32,000 nt of DNA from Halomicronema hongdechloris C2206. GTDB lineage: Bacteria; Cyanobacteriota; Cyanobacteriia; Phormidesmidales; Phormidesmidaceae. Within the stretch, counting starts at the first letter, position 1, and each line of letters begins with the position of its first letter. This document shows positions 1 to 9,086 of the stretch, in pieces. The translations under genes were made by a program, and so were the position numbers. The DNA lies in assembly GCF_002075285.3 (NCBI RefSeq), contig NZ_CP021983.2:3300001-3332000 (forward strand), in the 5' to 3' direction. The notes under the pieces were generated by a model. That model was not told where the DNA came from. It ran no database searches and saw only the letters and a list, made by a program, of their open reading frames with translations.

Positions 1-490
1 TGAGGCCGAAACTCGAGGCCAGCTTATCGCCGATGGGAACCACTGACAGGGTAATATCGGCCCCAGTATCGCGATGGCGCTCGATAAATAGGCGGTAGTC
101 CATGCGATAGAGGTGATCACCCGAGAGAATAAGATACTCATCCACATCCCAGGCTTCTAGCAACCACAGGTATTTACGGACCGCATCCGCCGTTCCCTGA
201 AACCAGCTGGGGCTTTCGGGCGTCTGTTGAGCGGCCAGCACCTCTACGAATCCGTCCGAGAACTGGGAAAAGCTGTAGGCGCGGGCAATATGGCGATTTA
301 ACGAGGCCGAGTTGAACTGCGTCAGGACATAAATTTTAAGAATTTCAGAATTGATGCAATTGCTAACGGGAATATCGATCAGCCGATATTTACCAGCCAA
401 GGAAACAGCCGGTTTGGCGCGATATTTTGTCAATGGATACAGGCGAGTGCCGGCACCGCCCCCCAGAATGATCGCTAAAACTCGTTTCAC
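1..490 (-). CDS. glgC: Glucose-1-phosphate adenylyltransferase (ADP-glucose pyrophosphorylase), N-terminal ~163 aa; gene runs off the window start
   Basis: Not in the ORF track because it is edge-truncated. Reverse-complement translation from GTG at 490-488 gives [77 protein letters not shown]. This contains the GGGxGxRL nucleotide-binding loop and the conserved GlgC N-terminus. The GTG is immediately preceded by an in-frame TAA (493-491), which fixes the start. Confidence 0.9.
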   Translation of the reverse strand, partial: MKRVLAIILGGGAGTRLYPLTKYRAKPAVSLAGKYRLIDIPVSNCINSEILKIYVLTQFNSASLNRHIARAYSFSQFSDGFVEVLAAQQTPESPSWFQGTADAVRKYLWLLEAWDVDEYLILSGDHLYRMDYRLFIERHRDTGADITLSVVPIGDKLASSFGL

Positions 491-628
491 TTAAAACCTC
501 GGAACTGGCAGAACTAACCCACGCGCTTCATCTTCAGTGTGTGCCCGCCAGGACGACTTGGCAAGGGGGGATCACGAAGTTCATGGCTAGATGTAATGTA
601 GACAACCCGAATGTTGCCGATTCGCTAA

Positions 629-2869
629 TTATGGCACTGGCACAACGACATATTTGCCTTGGCGATGCACCAGAGCCAGAACTGATGGTGTTTCCCCTGA
701 GCGGGCTAGAGCAACGAACGCTTGGGCTTGCTGTCTATCATCGTAGAGGACTGTGCCATCGGCGGCCACGATCAGGGTGGGGGGATGGGATGCTGGGGTT
801 TGGGGAGATGGGGCCAACCGGAGCAGGGTGGCTGGCCGACTATCTTGCCCCAAGGGCAGTTGATAGAGGGAGGCCGTGGCTAGGGAAGGGGGCAGTGATG
901 CCAGGGATTGTAAATGGAATAGGGAAGCGATGCGATCGCGCCAATGGGGATAGAGGCTGAGAAACTGGGGCAGGGGAGTGGCCATTTCCTGAGACGGCCA
1001 GGTCAGATCCGCTAGAGAGGTCACTAGGGGGGGAAAGGGGGCATCTGGGTCAGTGGGAACTGGCCCCGGGACTAATAGACTGAGGGTATGTTGCCTGAGG
1101 CGCCATCCGTATACCTGTACAGGTGTCGCCTGAGGACCTTGCTGCTGCCACAACACCATGGTCAGAGGCCTAGCCCCTATCCATCCCTGACGAGATGCCA
1201 GAGTAGACCAATCTGCTGCTGGTTGAGCCTGTTGCCAGCCCTGCTGGGTTTGCCAGTGGCTGATATGGACAGCATACCAGCGACGATCAGACGAGAGGGC
1301 GGGCGGGGATTGCACCAGCTGCCAGTCCGCTGGGGTAAGGCTGAGGGGTGTGGCCTGACCCAATAGATGAACGATGGCTGGCGCTGGGGTAGAGTGATTC
1401 CGCCTAGGAGTAGCAGCGGCTGCAGCCTCCGATGGGGAAGGGGAAGTAGTGGGGCGGCGAGCGGCCTCCAGCGTTGCCAGTGTCGCCGAGAATCGTTGCC
1501 GGGCCAGACTCTGAGCCTGTTGAGCCAGCCACTGATGGGCCGCTGCCGGGGATTCCTGGGCGGCTAATATCAGGCCGCCCCAGATCTGAACGCTCTCATG
1601 GTCAGGGGTGATGCGGAGAGTGGCAATGACTCGGTTCCACAGGCGACCGCGGTCATCAGCCAGCAGTTGCCAGAGGGCGTCACTGGCCTCCGGTGCCTGT
1701 TCTAGGTGGCTGAGGGCTGCCTGCCAGCGACCATCCAATAGCGCTGCTAAAACTTGTTGGCTGGGGGTGGCCCAGGTCCGGTCAGCCTGGACCTGGCTGT
1801 AATCGGCGTGGAGGGCTATTAGGCTCAACTGCCCCGCGGCGGCGATGGTCCAGTCAGAACCGGCCCGTTGTTTAAGGGCCTGTAACCGGTCGTGAGCCTC
1901 TGACCATACCCCTGCTCGAGCCAGTTGTAGGGCTTGCTGATAAGCCGACTGCAGGGAGACTACCTCCAGGGCCGCTGGCAGTAGGGATATCGTCTGCAGC
2001 TGTAGATAGCGACTGCCTGGGGCCAACCGTATCTGATAGGCGGTGAAGCTAGGCTCTAAGCCCACTGTGGCATCCACCACCAATTCAGGCGGGGGGCTTC
2101 CGTCTAGGTCTTGCCACCTGGGCAATTTCCCCGAGGGACTACTCCAGGGCAGGAGTTGATTCAGGTGTTGATGTTGCGGATCGAAATGGACAAGTTGCCC
2201 ATACCGCAACCCCTGTTGCCAATCACTGTAGAGGAGGAGCCAATCTCCTGGAGCCCCTGGTGTCGACGGCAAGGCGGTGATTGAGGTGAGGGGACGCCTA
2301 TGGGGAGCCGCCGTGGTTTCTAGGGGAGTGCCCAGGAGGGGAGCGACGATGGCAGCATCTGTTACCCCTGGCACTGACTGGCGAGTGATGAGTTGCCATA
2401 GCGGGGGAGTGGTGTCGGGTTGTCGGCGATATACCCGCAATTCGCTGATGGCCCAGCAGTCCTGGCCACAGGCGGGCTCCCGCGTCAGGATAGGCCATAG
2501 AACATAGGCCCCCTCTGGCTCCGAGGCTGTCGAGGTCAATGGCACTGGCGTCCCCAGCCGCTGACCAACGGCCGTGACCCGAGCTTGGATCGTTGTCCAT
2601 GGCTGGGGCGCCTCTGGCTCCGCGGTTGAGTCAGTGGAGACCCATCGTGACAGCCAGTTGGGTAGTTGGGGCTGCATCATCAGCCGGCCACCTACCCAGA
2701 TGCTAATCGCCACGGCGGTTGTGGCCAGGGTCATTCCGGTTAATAACAGCAATGGCCCTATCCATCGGGGCCATTCGTCTCCACCATCAGGAGTATCCTC
2801 GCTGCCTCGATGCAGGGGGGCAGGAGAGGACGTTGTCAATTTCGAGATGGCCGTTGCTCGCCTGTCCAT
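629..2869 (-). CDS. Hypothetical membrane-anchored protein, 746 aa, Pro/Gln/Trp/Ala/Leu-rich; family not recognised
   Basis: 2.2-kb uninterrupted ORF with an ATG start at 2869, 21 nt downstream of the glycosyltransferase stop on the same strand. One clear hydrophobic helix lies near the N-terminus (WIGPLLLLTGMTLATTAVAISIWVGG), followed by about 680 aa of soluble-looking sequence. I recognise no catalytic motif. Confidence 0.55.
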   Translation of the reverse strand: MDRRATAISKLTTSSPAPLHRGSEDTPDGGDEWPRWIGPLLLLTGMTLATTAVAISIWVGGRLMMQPQLPNWLSRWVSTDSTAEPEAPQPWTTIQARVTAVGQRLGTPVPLTSTASEPEGAYVLWPILTREPACGQDCWAISELRVYRRQPDTTPPLWQLITRQSVPGVTDAAIVAPLLGTPLETTAAPHRRPLTSITALPSTPGAPGDWLLLYSDWQQGLRYGQLVHFDPQHQHLNQLLPWSSPSGKLPRWQDLDGSPPPELVVDATVGLEPSFTAYQIRLAPGSRYLQLQTISLLPAALEVVSLQSAYQQALQLARAGVWSEAHDRLQALKQRAGSDWTIAAAGQLSLIALHADYSQVQADRTWATPSQQVLAALLDGRWQAALSHLEQAPEASDALWQLLADDRGRLWNRVIATLRITPDHESVQIWGGLILAAQESPAAAHQWLAQQAQSLARQRFSATLATLEAARRPTTSPSPSEAAAAATPRRNHSTPAPAIVHLLGQATPLSLTPADWQLVQSPPALSSDRRWYAVHISHWQTQQGWQQAQPAADWSTLASRQGWIGARPLTMVLWQQQGPQATPVQVYGWRLRQHTLSLLVPGPVPTDPDAPFPPLVTSLADLTWPSQEMATPLPQFLSLYPHWRDRIASLFHLQSLASLPPSLATASLYQLPLGQDSRPATLLRLAPSPQTPASHPPTLIVAADGTVLYDDRQQAQAFVALARSGETPSVLALVHRQGKYVVVPVP

Positions 2870-2890
2870 GCAGAGCTTATACCCACTCTC

Positions 2891-4089
2891 TCAGGAGGAT
2901 AACACTTGCTCATAGTGGCGACCGACCTGTTCCCAGGTATAGTCTGCTTCAATCATGCTGCGGGCCTGCTTGGCCAACTCCTGACGTAGCACTTCGTCGT
3001 CGAACAGGCGGCTAATGGCCGTGACATAGTCTGTGGCGGTATTGGCCCGCAGCGCCCGTTGGGGGGAGTCCACCGCTAATCCTTCCAGCCCGCGCTCACT
3101 GGCGACTACTGGCACCCCTGCAGCCATGGCCTCTAGGGTTTTATTCTTGATGCCATAGCCAATGCGCATGGGCACCACACAGACGGTGGCTCGATGCAGA
3201 TACTCCACCACCGATGGCACGGCACCGGTAACAGTGACACCGGGTAGGGCCCCCAGGGCTTTGACCTCGTCTGTGGGGCGGGCCCCTACCAAGAGCACCT
3301 CCGCATCTTGGTAGCGCTGGCGTAGGGCGGGCAGAATGTCTTGGGCCAGGAACTTGGCGGTGTCGATATTGGCGATGTAGTCCATGGCCCCGACAAATAC
3401 CAGGCGATGGCCACCTGGATCCATAGAGCGGTAGGGAAATGCCGTTAAGTCGACGCCGTTGGGGATGACGTGGAGGGTTTGTTGGCCTGGTTGGCCTTGA
3501 AATTGTTGTTGATCCTCTGGAGTAGTCACGACCAGGTCTGTGAATTTGGCGGTGTACCGGCGCTCGTAGCGCTTTAGCAAGGGTAAGCTGAGGCGATCTC
3601 GCCAGGGCTTCTCGGCAGTGCCGGTTTGTAGTTGATTTTGACAGGTGCCGTAGAGAGAGCTGTGGATATCGACCACGGTCTTCTTGACGCAGTGGCGCCA
3701 AGCTGGCCGCACGAAGATTTCGTTGACGCTGTGCTCACAGGTGATGACGTCGGCCTTGCCGGCGGTTACCCAGGTGTCGAGCCAATCTTGCATGGCGGTA
3801 GTCCAGACGTAGTGCACATGGGGAGGAGTGGCTTCTAGGAGGAAATGGCCAAAGCGGTTGAGCTTACCGAGCCAACCGCTCTGCCAGCTGCTGGGAGCTG
3901 GGGCGGGGAAAGACTTGCAGATGATCGACCCAGCCTTTCAGGGCGGCGATATCGGCATCTGTAACTGTATCTGAACGCTGGGTGACCAGGGTGACGGCGT
4001 GGTGCTGGCTCAGGTGCTTTGAGCAGGTAAAAGGTGCGTACCTGGGTCCCGCCTAGGGTGGGGGGATAGGGAAAGGTGGCCGAAATCAT
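2891..4089 (-). pseudogene. Group-1 (GT4-type, GT-B fold) glycosyltransferase broken by two separate +1 frame changes
   Basis: Three consecutive pieces lie in three frames. Piece A (4089 to ~4018): MISATFPYPPTLGGTQVRTFYLLK. Piece B (~4019 to 3867): HLSQHHAVTLVTQRSDTVTDADIAALKGWVDHLQVFPRPSSQQLAERLAR, then TAA at 3866-3864. Piece C (~3865 to 2891): KLNRFGHFLLEATPPHVHYVWTT...ITCEHSVNE...GAMDYIANIDT...VVPMRIGYGIKNKTLEAMAAGVPVV. Joined, they read as one typical ~400-aa cyanobacterial group-1 glycosyltransferase. The ATG (4089-4087) overlaps the upstream gene's TAA by 1 nt (TAATG). Confidence 0.7.
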
Positions 4090-5114
4090 TAAAATGTTAC
4101 ATCCCAGTTCCTCATGGAGCCATGCAATGGTTTGGGGCCTCTGGGGGGTAAGGCCGAGTGTTGCTGCCCCTGAGTGCGAGCGTTGGCGCAGATTAGATCC
4201 AGGGGAGTAACGATCAGGTCGATGGCTGAGCCGCGGCCAGTCAACCATTTGAATAGGCCCTGGGGCAGTTCTTTGCCCACCCAACGCAGCAGCCGATAGC
4301 GGGTCTCTTTGGGATAAAGGGGGCGCATTAACTGGACGCCGTAAAGCTCGTGCAAAAAGCGGTTGGAGCGGCCATAGCGCTGCCATTGCCGCCGCAGCTC
4401 GGCCAGGGTCTGACGATGACGGTGTCGGATCACTGCCTGCTCAGCGAATCGCAGCTGCCATCCCCCTTGTTGTTGCAGCCGCCAACACATATCGGCATCG
4501 CCGCCGGTGGTGAGGTGGGGACGAAAGAGGCCGACTTTCTCCAGGGCCAGGCGACGGATAGCTAGGTTGGCGGTCTGACCGTAGGGACAGAAGGGATGGG
4601 CCAGGGTATTTGTCTGGGACAAAATGCCTTGATGGTCGGCGTAGTGTTCCAGCAGGGTGGTGCTGGGTTGGGCCTGAATTTCTCCCACCACGAGGCCGAC
4701 GGTGGCCTCTGAAAAGGGGGATATTAGGTGGGTGAGCCACTCTGGGTCAGGGGCGCAATCGGCGTCGGTGAAGGCCACAATCGCGCCGCGGGTAGCCCGA
4801 ATACCGGCATTGCGGGCAGCATAGGAGCTCTGAATGGTGTCGTAGCGCAGGGATCTTAGGGTGAGCCCCTGCGGCTGAGCTTGCTCGCAGGCTGTTTGCA
4901 GCAGTTCAGGGGTGCGATCGCAACTGCCATTGTCCACTAAGAGATATTCCACCCGCTCTCGGGGATAGGTTTGCGATCGCAACCCCGCCAGCAACTGTGG
5001 TAGATCCTGCTCGCCGTTGTAAACCGGGACAACAACCGAGACCTCGATAGTCGTCGCCGAGGTAGCCTGGTCTGGGCTCTGGTCTAGGCTCTGGTCTGGG
5101 GGAAACATGGCCAT
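4089..5114 (-). CDS. Family-2 glycosyltransferase (GT-A fold)
   Basis: 341-aa ORF with an ATG start. The N-terminal region VSVVVPVYNGEQDLPQLLAGLRSQTYP...VEYLLVDNGSCDRT...FTDADCAPDPEWL carries the GT2 signature (VPxYN, DxGS, DxD-like DAD). Its stop overlaps the start of the next glycosyltransferase. Confidence 0.85.
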   Translation of the reverse strand: MAMFPPDQSLDQSPDQATSATTIEVSVVVPVYNGEQDLPQLLAGLRSQTYPRERVEYLLVDNGSCDRTPELLQTACEQAQPQGLTLRSLRYDTIQSSYAARNAGIRATRGAIVAFTDADCAPDPEWLTHLISPFSEATVGLVVGEIQAQPSTTLLEHYADHQGILSQTNTLAHPFCPYGQTANLAIRRLALEKVGLFRPHLTTGGDADMCWRLQQQGGWQLRFAEQAVIRHRHRQTLAELRRQWQRYGRSNRFLHELYGVQLMRPLYPKETRYRLLRWVGKELPQGLFKWLTGRGSAIDLIVTPLDLICANARTQGQQHSALPPRGPKPLHGSMRNWDVTF

Positions 5115-5221
5115 TATGCCTTGGTCATAGCGTTTCCTATATAGCTCACCAGGCCCCCGTCCCGCCCCCCTTCACAGAAACTTATCGTTCATGATCGGCA
5201 ATGGCAGGGCCTATCCCAGCC

Positions 5222-6181
5222 CTAGGGTCGCCTTAACCGCTGCAGTTCCTGTTGCAGCTCCGCTAGTTCCCGACGCAAGCGTTCCACATCACTATCGGCG
5301 GCAGACGACGACACATCCACCGCGCCCTCCGTAGTCCGGCGGCGGTAATTTCCCCGCTTAATGGCGGCATACTCCTCTGAGGCTGCCCACTGCTTCAAAT
5401 ACTGCAGTCGTTCCACCGGAAATGGATGGCTCAACATGGCGCCAGGGGTGCCATTGTACAGGAGAAACTTGTAAATCTGGTTGAGGCCATCTTGATCGAG
5501 TGAATGGTAAGCCTCGGCTTGGCGTTCAAACTCCTGCAGGCTAATTTCATGGGCAAACTTACGGCTGCCGCCAGCCACCCTCATCATGGTTTGCATCACC
5601 AAGCGCCAGTCATCGGTGACTAACAGGGCGGCGCGATCGCAAGACAACTCCGCCATTCGTCGCCACTCATAAAAAGCATAGACCAGGCCACTGCTGACCA
5701 TGGTGCCAATGCCCAAGGTGAGCTCTCCCACCAAGGCAGCAGTGGTCATGGCCCAAGCGGCCATTTGATTGAGCGTGGTATGGCCACACTTAATATGACC
5801 CAATTCATGGGCAATGACGGTGCGTACTTCTGCCTCATCCAGCAGCTCGAGCGCCCCGGTATTAATCACTAAACAAGGCCGATCTTCTCCTAGGGAATAG
5901 CTATTGACGGCCGGATTTTGGGCCACAAAGAGGCTGGGCATTGGCTCCACATCCAGCGCCCTCACACACTCGCGAAACAACTGATACAGCGTCGAATACT
6001 GACGGGGGCCAACCTGAATGGCATTGCCCATCAAATAGACATACTGGGGTCGCTCATACAACAGCTCGACAAATTTGCGGGCGACGATATCAAATCCGGG
6101 CACACTGCGCAGGGCGGCTTCAGCCTGGCGGTCGAGGGGATGGCGAAAGGCGTCACTAGAGAGTCCAGGATACTCAGCCAT
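5222..6181 (-). CDS. M48-family zinc metallopeptidase with a C-terminal coiled-coil tail
   Basis: HExxH motif in context (VIAHELGHIKCGH), with hydrophobic segments after it as in HtpX/Ste24-like M48 peptidases. The ORF track starts at a TTG (6211). I prefer the first ATG at 6181 (MAEYPGLSSDAFRHPLD). The start choice is uncertain. Confidence 0.82.
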   Translation of the reverse strand: MAEYPGLSSDAFRHPLDRQAEAALRSVPGFDIVARKFVELLYERPQYVYLMGNAIQVGPRQYSTLYQLFRECVRALDVEPMPSLFVAQNPAVNSYSLGEDRPCLVINTGALELLDEAEVRTVIAHELGHIKCGHTTLNQMAAWAMTTAALVGELTLGIGTMVSSGLVYAFYEWRRMAELSCDRAALLVTDDWRLVMQTMMRVAGGSRKFAHEISLQEFERQAEAYHSLDQDGLNQIYKFLLYNGTPGAMLSHPFPVERLQYLKQWAASEEYAAIKRGNYRRRTTEGAVDVSSSAADSDVERLRRELAELQQELQRLRRP

Positions 6182-6242
6182 GGGATGGGGACGGATAATG
6201 GGTTGCTTCAACCCTAGCGGATTCCAAGGGGATTAGTGGCTA

Positions 6243-7811
6243 TTACTGCGCTTCTGGATCTATCCCCCGCAGCGGGATACCGGCCGGAGATTCCACCATA
6301 ATTTGATACTCAATGGTCTGGGTCATGGTGGGGGCAAGTGATACTTGCCAACGGCATTGACTGTCCTCTGAGACCTGGGTGGGGGGCTCCGCCTCCTGCA
6401 ACTGCACTCGAATCTGATCGTCTTGACTGCGGGGCAATTGCTCCACCAGAGTCACCGTGACTGGTCGGGCATGGGTATTGGTCAGGATCACCCGGTAGCG
6501 CAGTGTCAGCCGATTCATCGGTGTACTCACCTGATGACGACTCACTAGAAAACGCTGCAGTGGCAGATCCTCGGCAGAACCATAGGGAAGCGCTAAGGGC
6601 TGGCCTGGCATCATAAATGGCAGACGATCGGTGCCTAGATAAACGCCATCACGAAACCGTCGCAGGGGGCCAGGCAACAGGGGCAAACTATCACGGGGAG
6701 CAATCACAGTAGCAGTGAGACCGGCTCGATCCTGAGTCTGGGGAAAGGCCTGATAGGTCAGGTGGCAGTCAAGGGGATAGCTGACCCCCGGTAATACCTG
6801 AGTTGCCTGCTGGTGGGGTAGGGTATGGGTGCCTTCTAGGGCAACCCGAAAGATGGGGGTGGCCGCGGGGGCCGGCTCGCTGTTCCCATTAGTTGTCCCC
6901 TGATCTGGCGGGAGTTCGCTTCCCGGTACCGCCCCCATCAGCCGTCGGGTCTCGTCTCCATAGGAGCGGCGGTGAGCAAAGGAGGGATGGTTGAGCCACA
7001 GCATCCAGGCAGGAGGCGCCGCCGCCTGGGAGGAAGGCAGTGAAGCCGTCGAGAGTTCCAGCCGCACCTGGGACCAGTCTTCGCCACTGTGCTGTTGGAT
7101 CTGCACCCCTTGGCTCAGATAGAGACAGGCCCTTTCGGTATCGAGATGGGCGTCATAGAGGGGAGACCAGCTGACGCCAGTAACCGTGTAGGTCACGGTT
7201 ACGGTGTATTCACCGGCGTCCTTGGCCTGAATAGCCAAGTGCAGACCATAGGGTTGATCAGCATGGCTTTCGGAGTGAGCTTGCTGTTGGCGAGCCGCTT
7301 GCAGGGTCTGTTCCAGCTGCTGCTGCTGTTGCTGCTGTTGGCTGGTGGTCGCGATCAGCTGTTCTAAGCGGTGCTGCAGGAAGGTTAGCAGGGCTTGGAC
7401 ATCGTCTAGGGTAGCCTGCCGTTGAGCTAGGCTGTCAGCCACTGTGCGGGCGCAGTGTTTGGCCAGTTGCTGCAGAAAGGTATGTTGCGTCTCTAGGGCA
7501 GCCAAGGTGGTTTGGAGCTGTTGCTGCTGGGCTTCTAGTCGCTGAATCTTATCGCTTAGGACCAACTCCATGGGCTGGGGAGAGACCGCGGCGACAGGAC
7601 GCAACTCTATGGCTTGGAGGTGAGCCGTGGCGCCGTGGATACCTACTTGTAAAGAGTCTGGGTCTAGGGTTGCTGGTAAGGGAGCCAGAACCCCATGATG
7701 CTGGCCAGGGCTGAGGGTGAGTTTTCCCTGGCGTCTTACCTGGGCCTGATGTGAGTAAGCCGTTACCGTTGTGATGGGGGCTTCAATGGAAAGCCGATCC
7801 GCTGTGTCCAC
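6243..7811 (-). CDS. DUF4139 / MuiA-like family protein (N-terminal DUF4140-like strand, coiled coil, C-terminal DUF4139)
   Basis: 522-aa ORF with a GTG start. Motifs I associate with this family: ...TVTAYSHQAQVRRQG (N-terminus), a central Gln/Leu coiled coil with a Q8 run, then YTVTGVSWSPLYDAHLD...QQHSGEDWSQVRLELSTA. Confidence 0.7.
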   Translation of the reverse strand: MDTADRLSIEAPITTVTAYSHQAQVRRQGKLTLSPGQHHGVLAPLPATLDPDSLQVGIHGATAHLQAIELRPVAAVSPQPMELVLSDKIQRLEAQQQQLQTTLAALETQHTFLQQLAKHCARTVADSLAQRQATLDDVQALLTFLQHRLEQLIATTSQQQQQQQQLEQTLQAARQQQAHSESHADQPYGLHLAIQAKDAGEYTVTVTYTVTGVSWSPLYDAHLDTERACLYLSQGVQIQQHSGEDWSQVRLELSTASLPSSQAAAPPAWMLWLNHPSFAHRRSYGDETRRLMGAVPGSELPPDQGTTNGNSEPAPAATPIFRVALEGTHTLPHQQATQVLPGVSYPLDCHLTYQAFPQTQDRAGLTATVIAPRDSLPLLPGPLRRFRDGVYLGTDRLPFMMPGQPLALPYGSAEDLPLQRFLVSRHQVSTPMNRLTLRYRVILTNTHARPVTVTLVEQLPRSQDDQIRVQLQEAEPPTQVSEDSQCRWQVSLAPTMTQTIEYQIMVESPAGIPLRGIDPEAQ

Positions 7812-7877
7812 TAGACTGGATTCTAGACACCTGTTGTCTCATTGATACAGAGGCTGCATGCCGAAAACCGCATGATT

Positions 7878-8822
7878 TTAAGCGGGATTAGGATGGGACG
7901 GTGATGGCTCTAGGGGAGCCACCCCAGCTAAATCAAGAATGGGCGGAATCAAGTCCTCCCGCCGTACCGCCATTATATGGACCCCCTGACATAATTGTCG
8001 GGCGATTCGGATTTGCTCCGCTGCAATCTGCATGCCTTCCTGGAGAGGATCGCTGGCGGCGGCGAGGCGCTGAATCAACGCCTCTGGAATCTGAACTCCC
8101 GGCACGTGCCGGTTGATGAACTCGGCATTCTTGGCTGACTTTAACAGGAAGATGCCGGCTAGGACTGGGCGGTGACACCCTACAGCAATCTGATCCATAA
8201 ATTTTTCTAGCCGCTCAAAGTCGGTGATCAGCTGGCTTTGAAAGAATTGGGCGCCGGCATCTAGTTTGCGGTTGAATCGTCGTTGGAGGCCGGACCAACT
8301 GTGGGATTGCGGATCGACGGCGGCCCCAGCGAAGAGGTCGGTGGCCCCATCGGGCAGGGATTTGCCATGGCTGTCGACCCCCTGATTCAGCTGGTTGATT
8401 ACTCGCAGCAGCCGAATGGACTCTAGATCGAAGACGCTTTTTGCGTCGGGATGGTCGCCAGCTTTGACTGGATCGCCGGTGAGGGCTAGGAGATTGCGAA
8501 TCCCCAGGGCATGGACGCCCATCAGATCGGCCTGGAGGGCAATGCGGTTGCGATCGCGACAGGCCATCTGGCAAATAGACTCAATGCCAGCCTGCTGCAA
8601 AATGGCGGCGGCGGCCAAGGAGGCCATCCGCAACATGGCTCGACTGCCATCGGTAATATTGACCCCATGTACCCGCCCTCGTAGACAGCGAGCCATGCTA
8701 ACCATGCGCTGGGGATCACCGCCCTTGGGGGGAGTGACTTCGGCGGTCACTAAAAAGTCACCCGCCTTGACGGCGGTGCGGAACTGATATCCCAGGGGAG
8801 ACAGGGGGGTCGAAGAGGCCAC
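7878..8822 (-). CDS. metF: Methylenetetrahydrofolate reductase
   Basis: The translation (FLVTAEVTPPKGGDP...VNITDGSRAMLRMASL...LLALTGDPVKAGDHP...AGAAVDP...GAQFFQSQLITD) matches the MetF/MTHFR TIM-barrel family. The ORF track begins at a GTG at 8912 and adds about 30 Cys/Pro-rich residues atypical of MetF. I prefer the in-frame GTG at 8822 (VASSTPLSPLGYQFRTAVKAGDF...). The start is uncertain. Confidence 0.85.
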   Translation of the reverse strand: MASSTPLSPLGYQFRTAVKAGDFLVTAEVTPPKGGDPQRMVSMARCLRGRVHGVNITDGSRAMLRMASLAAAAILQQAGIESICQMACRDRNRIALQADLMGVHALGIRNLLALTGDPVKAGDHPDAKSVFDLESIRLLRVINQLNQGVDSHGKSLPDGATDLFAGAAVDPQSHSWSGLQRRFNRKLDAGAQFFQSQLITDFERLEKFMDQIAVGCHRPVLAGIFLLKSAKNAEFINRHVPGVQIPEALIQRLAAASDPLQEGMQIAAEQIRIARQLCQGVHIMAVRREDLIPPILDLAGVAPLEPSPSHPNPA

Positions 8823-9086
8823 GATGGCTATCAGGCAGGGAGTGAGGAAAATTAGGTGGGGGCAGGAGTAGCTGGGCCCATGCCGTAGGGCACAGTATAC
8901 CGCGGCTACCACTATCAGTGCGATGAGATTGTACGGTGGTGGGGAGCAAAATAACCCCCTCTTTCACCTGCAGGTCAATGGCCAGGCTCTTGCCCTGCCG
9001 ACGGGCCCCTACTCCATGGCTGGGGCTGGGGCTGGAGCGACACAGCTAAAATAGAGTCACTGAGTTGACCACCGCTCCCATCTCCC

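Noticed and set aside
541-2915. Plus-strand ORFs from the track (541..960, 1088..1366, 1367..1567, 1608..1802, 2277..2507, 2574..2915) and the minus-strand alternate-frame ORF 2298..2600
   Set aside because: All lie inside or antisense to the 2.2-kb 746-aa ORF. Their translations are Arg/Gly/Trp/Cys-rich, as expected for shadow frames in GC-rich coding DNA. They have no motifs, and several use non-ATG starts.
3141-4740. Alternate-frame ORFs 3141..3701, 3632..3838, 3835..4386, 4350..4565 and 4441..4740
   Set aside because: These are shadow frames of the two glycosyltransferase genes. Only the last ~24 codons of 3835..4386 (MISATFPYPPTLGGTQVRTFYLLK) are real, and those are already accounted for as the N-terminus of the frameshifted GT4 gene.
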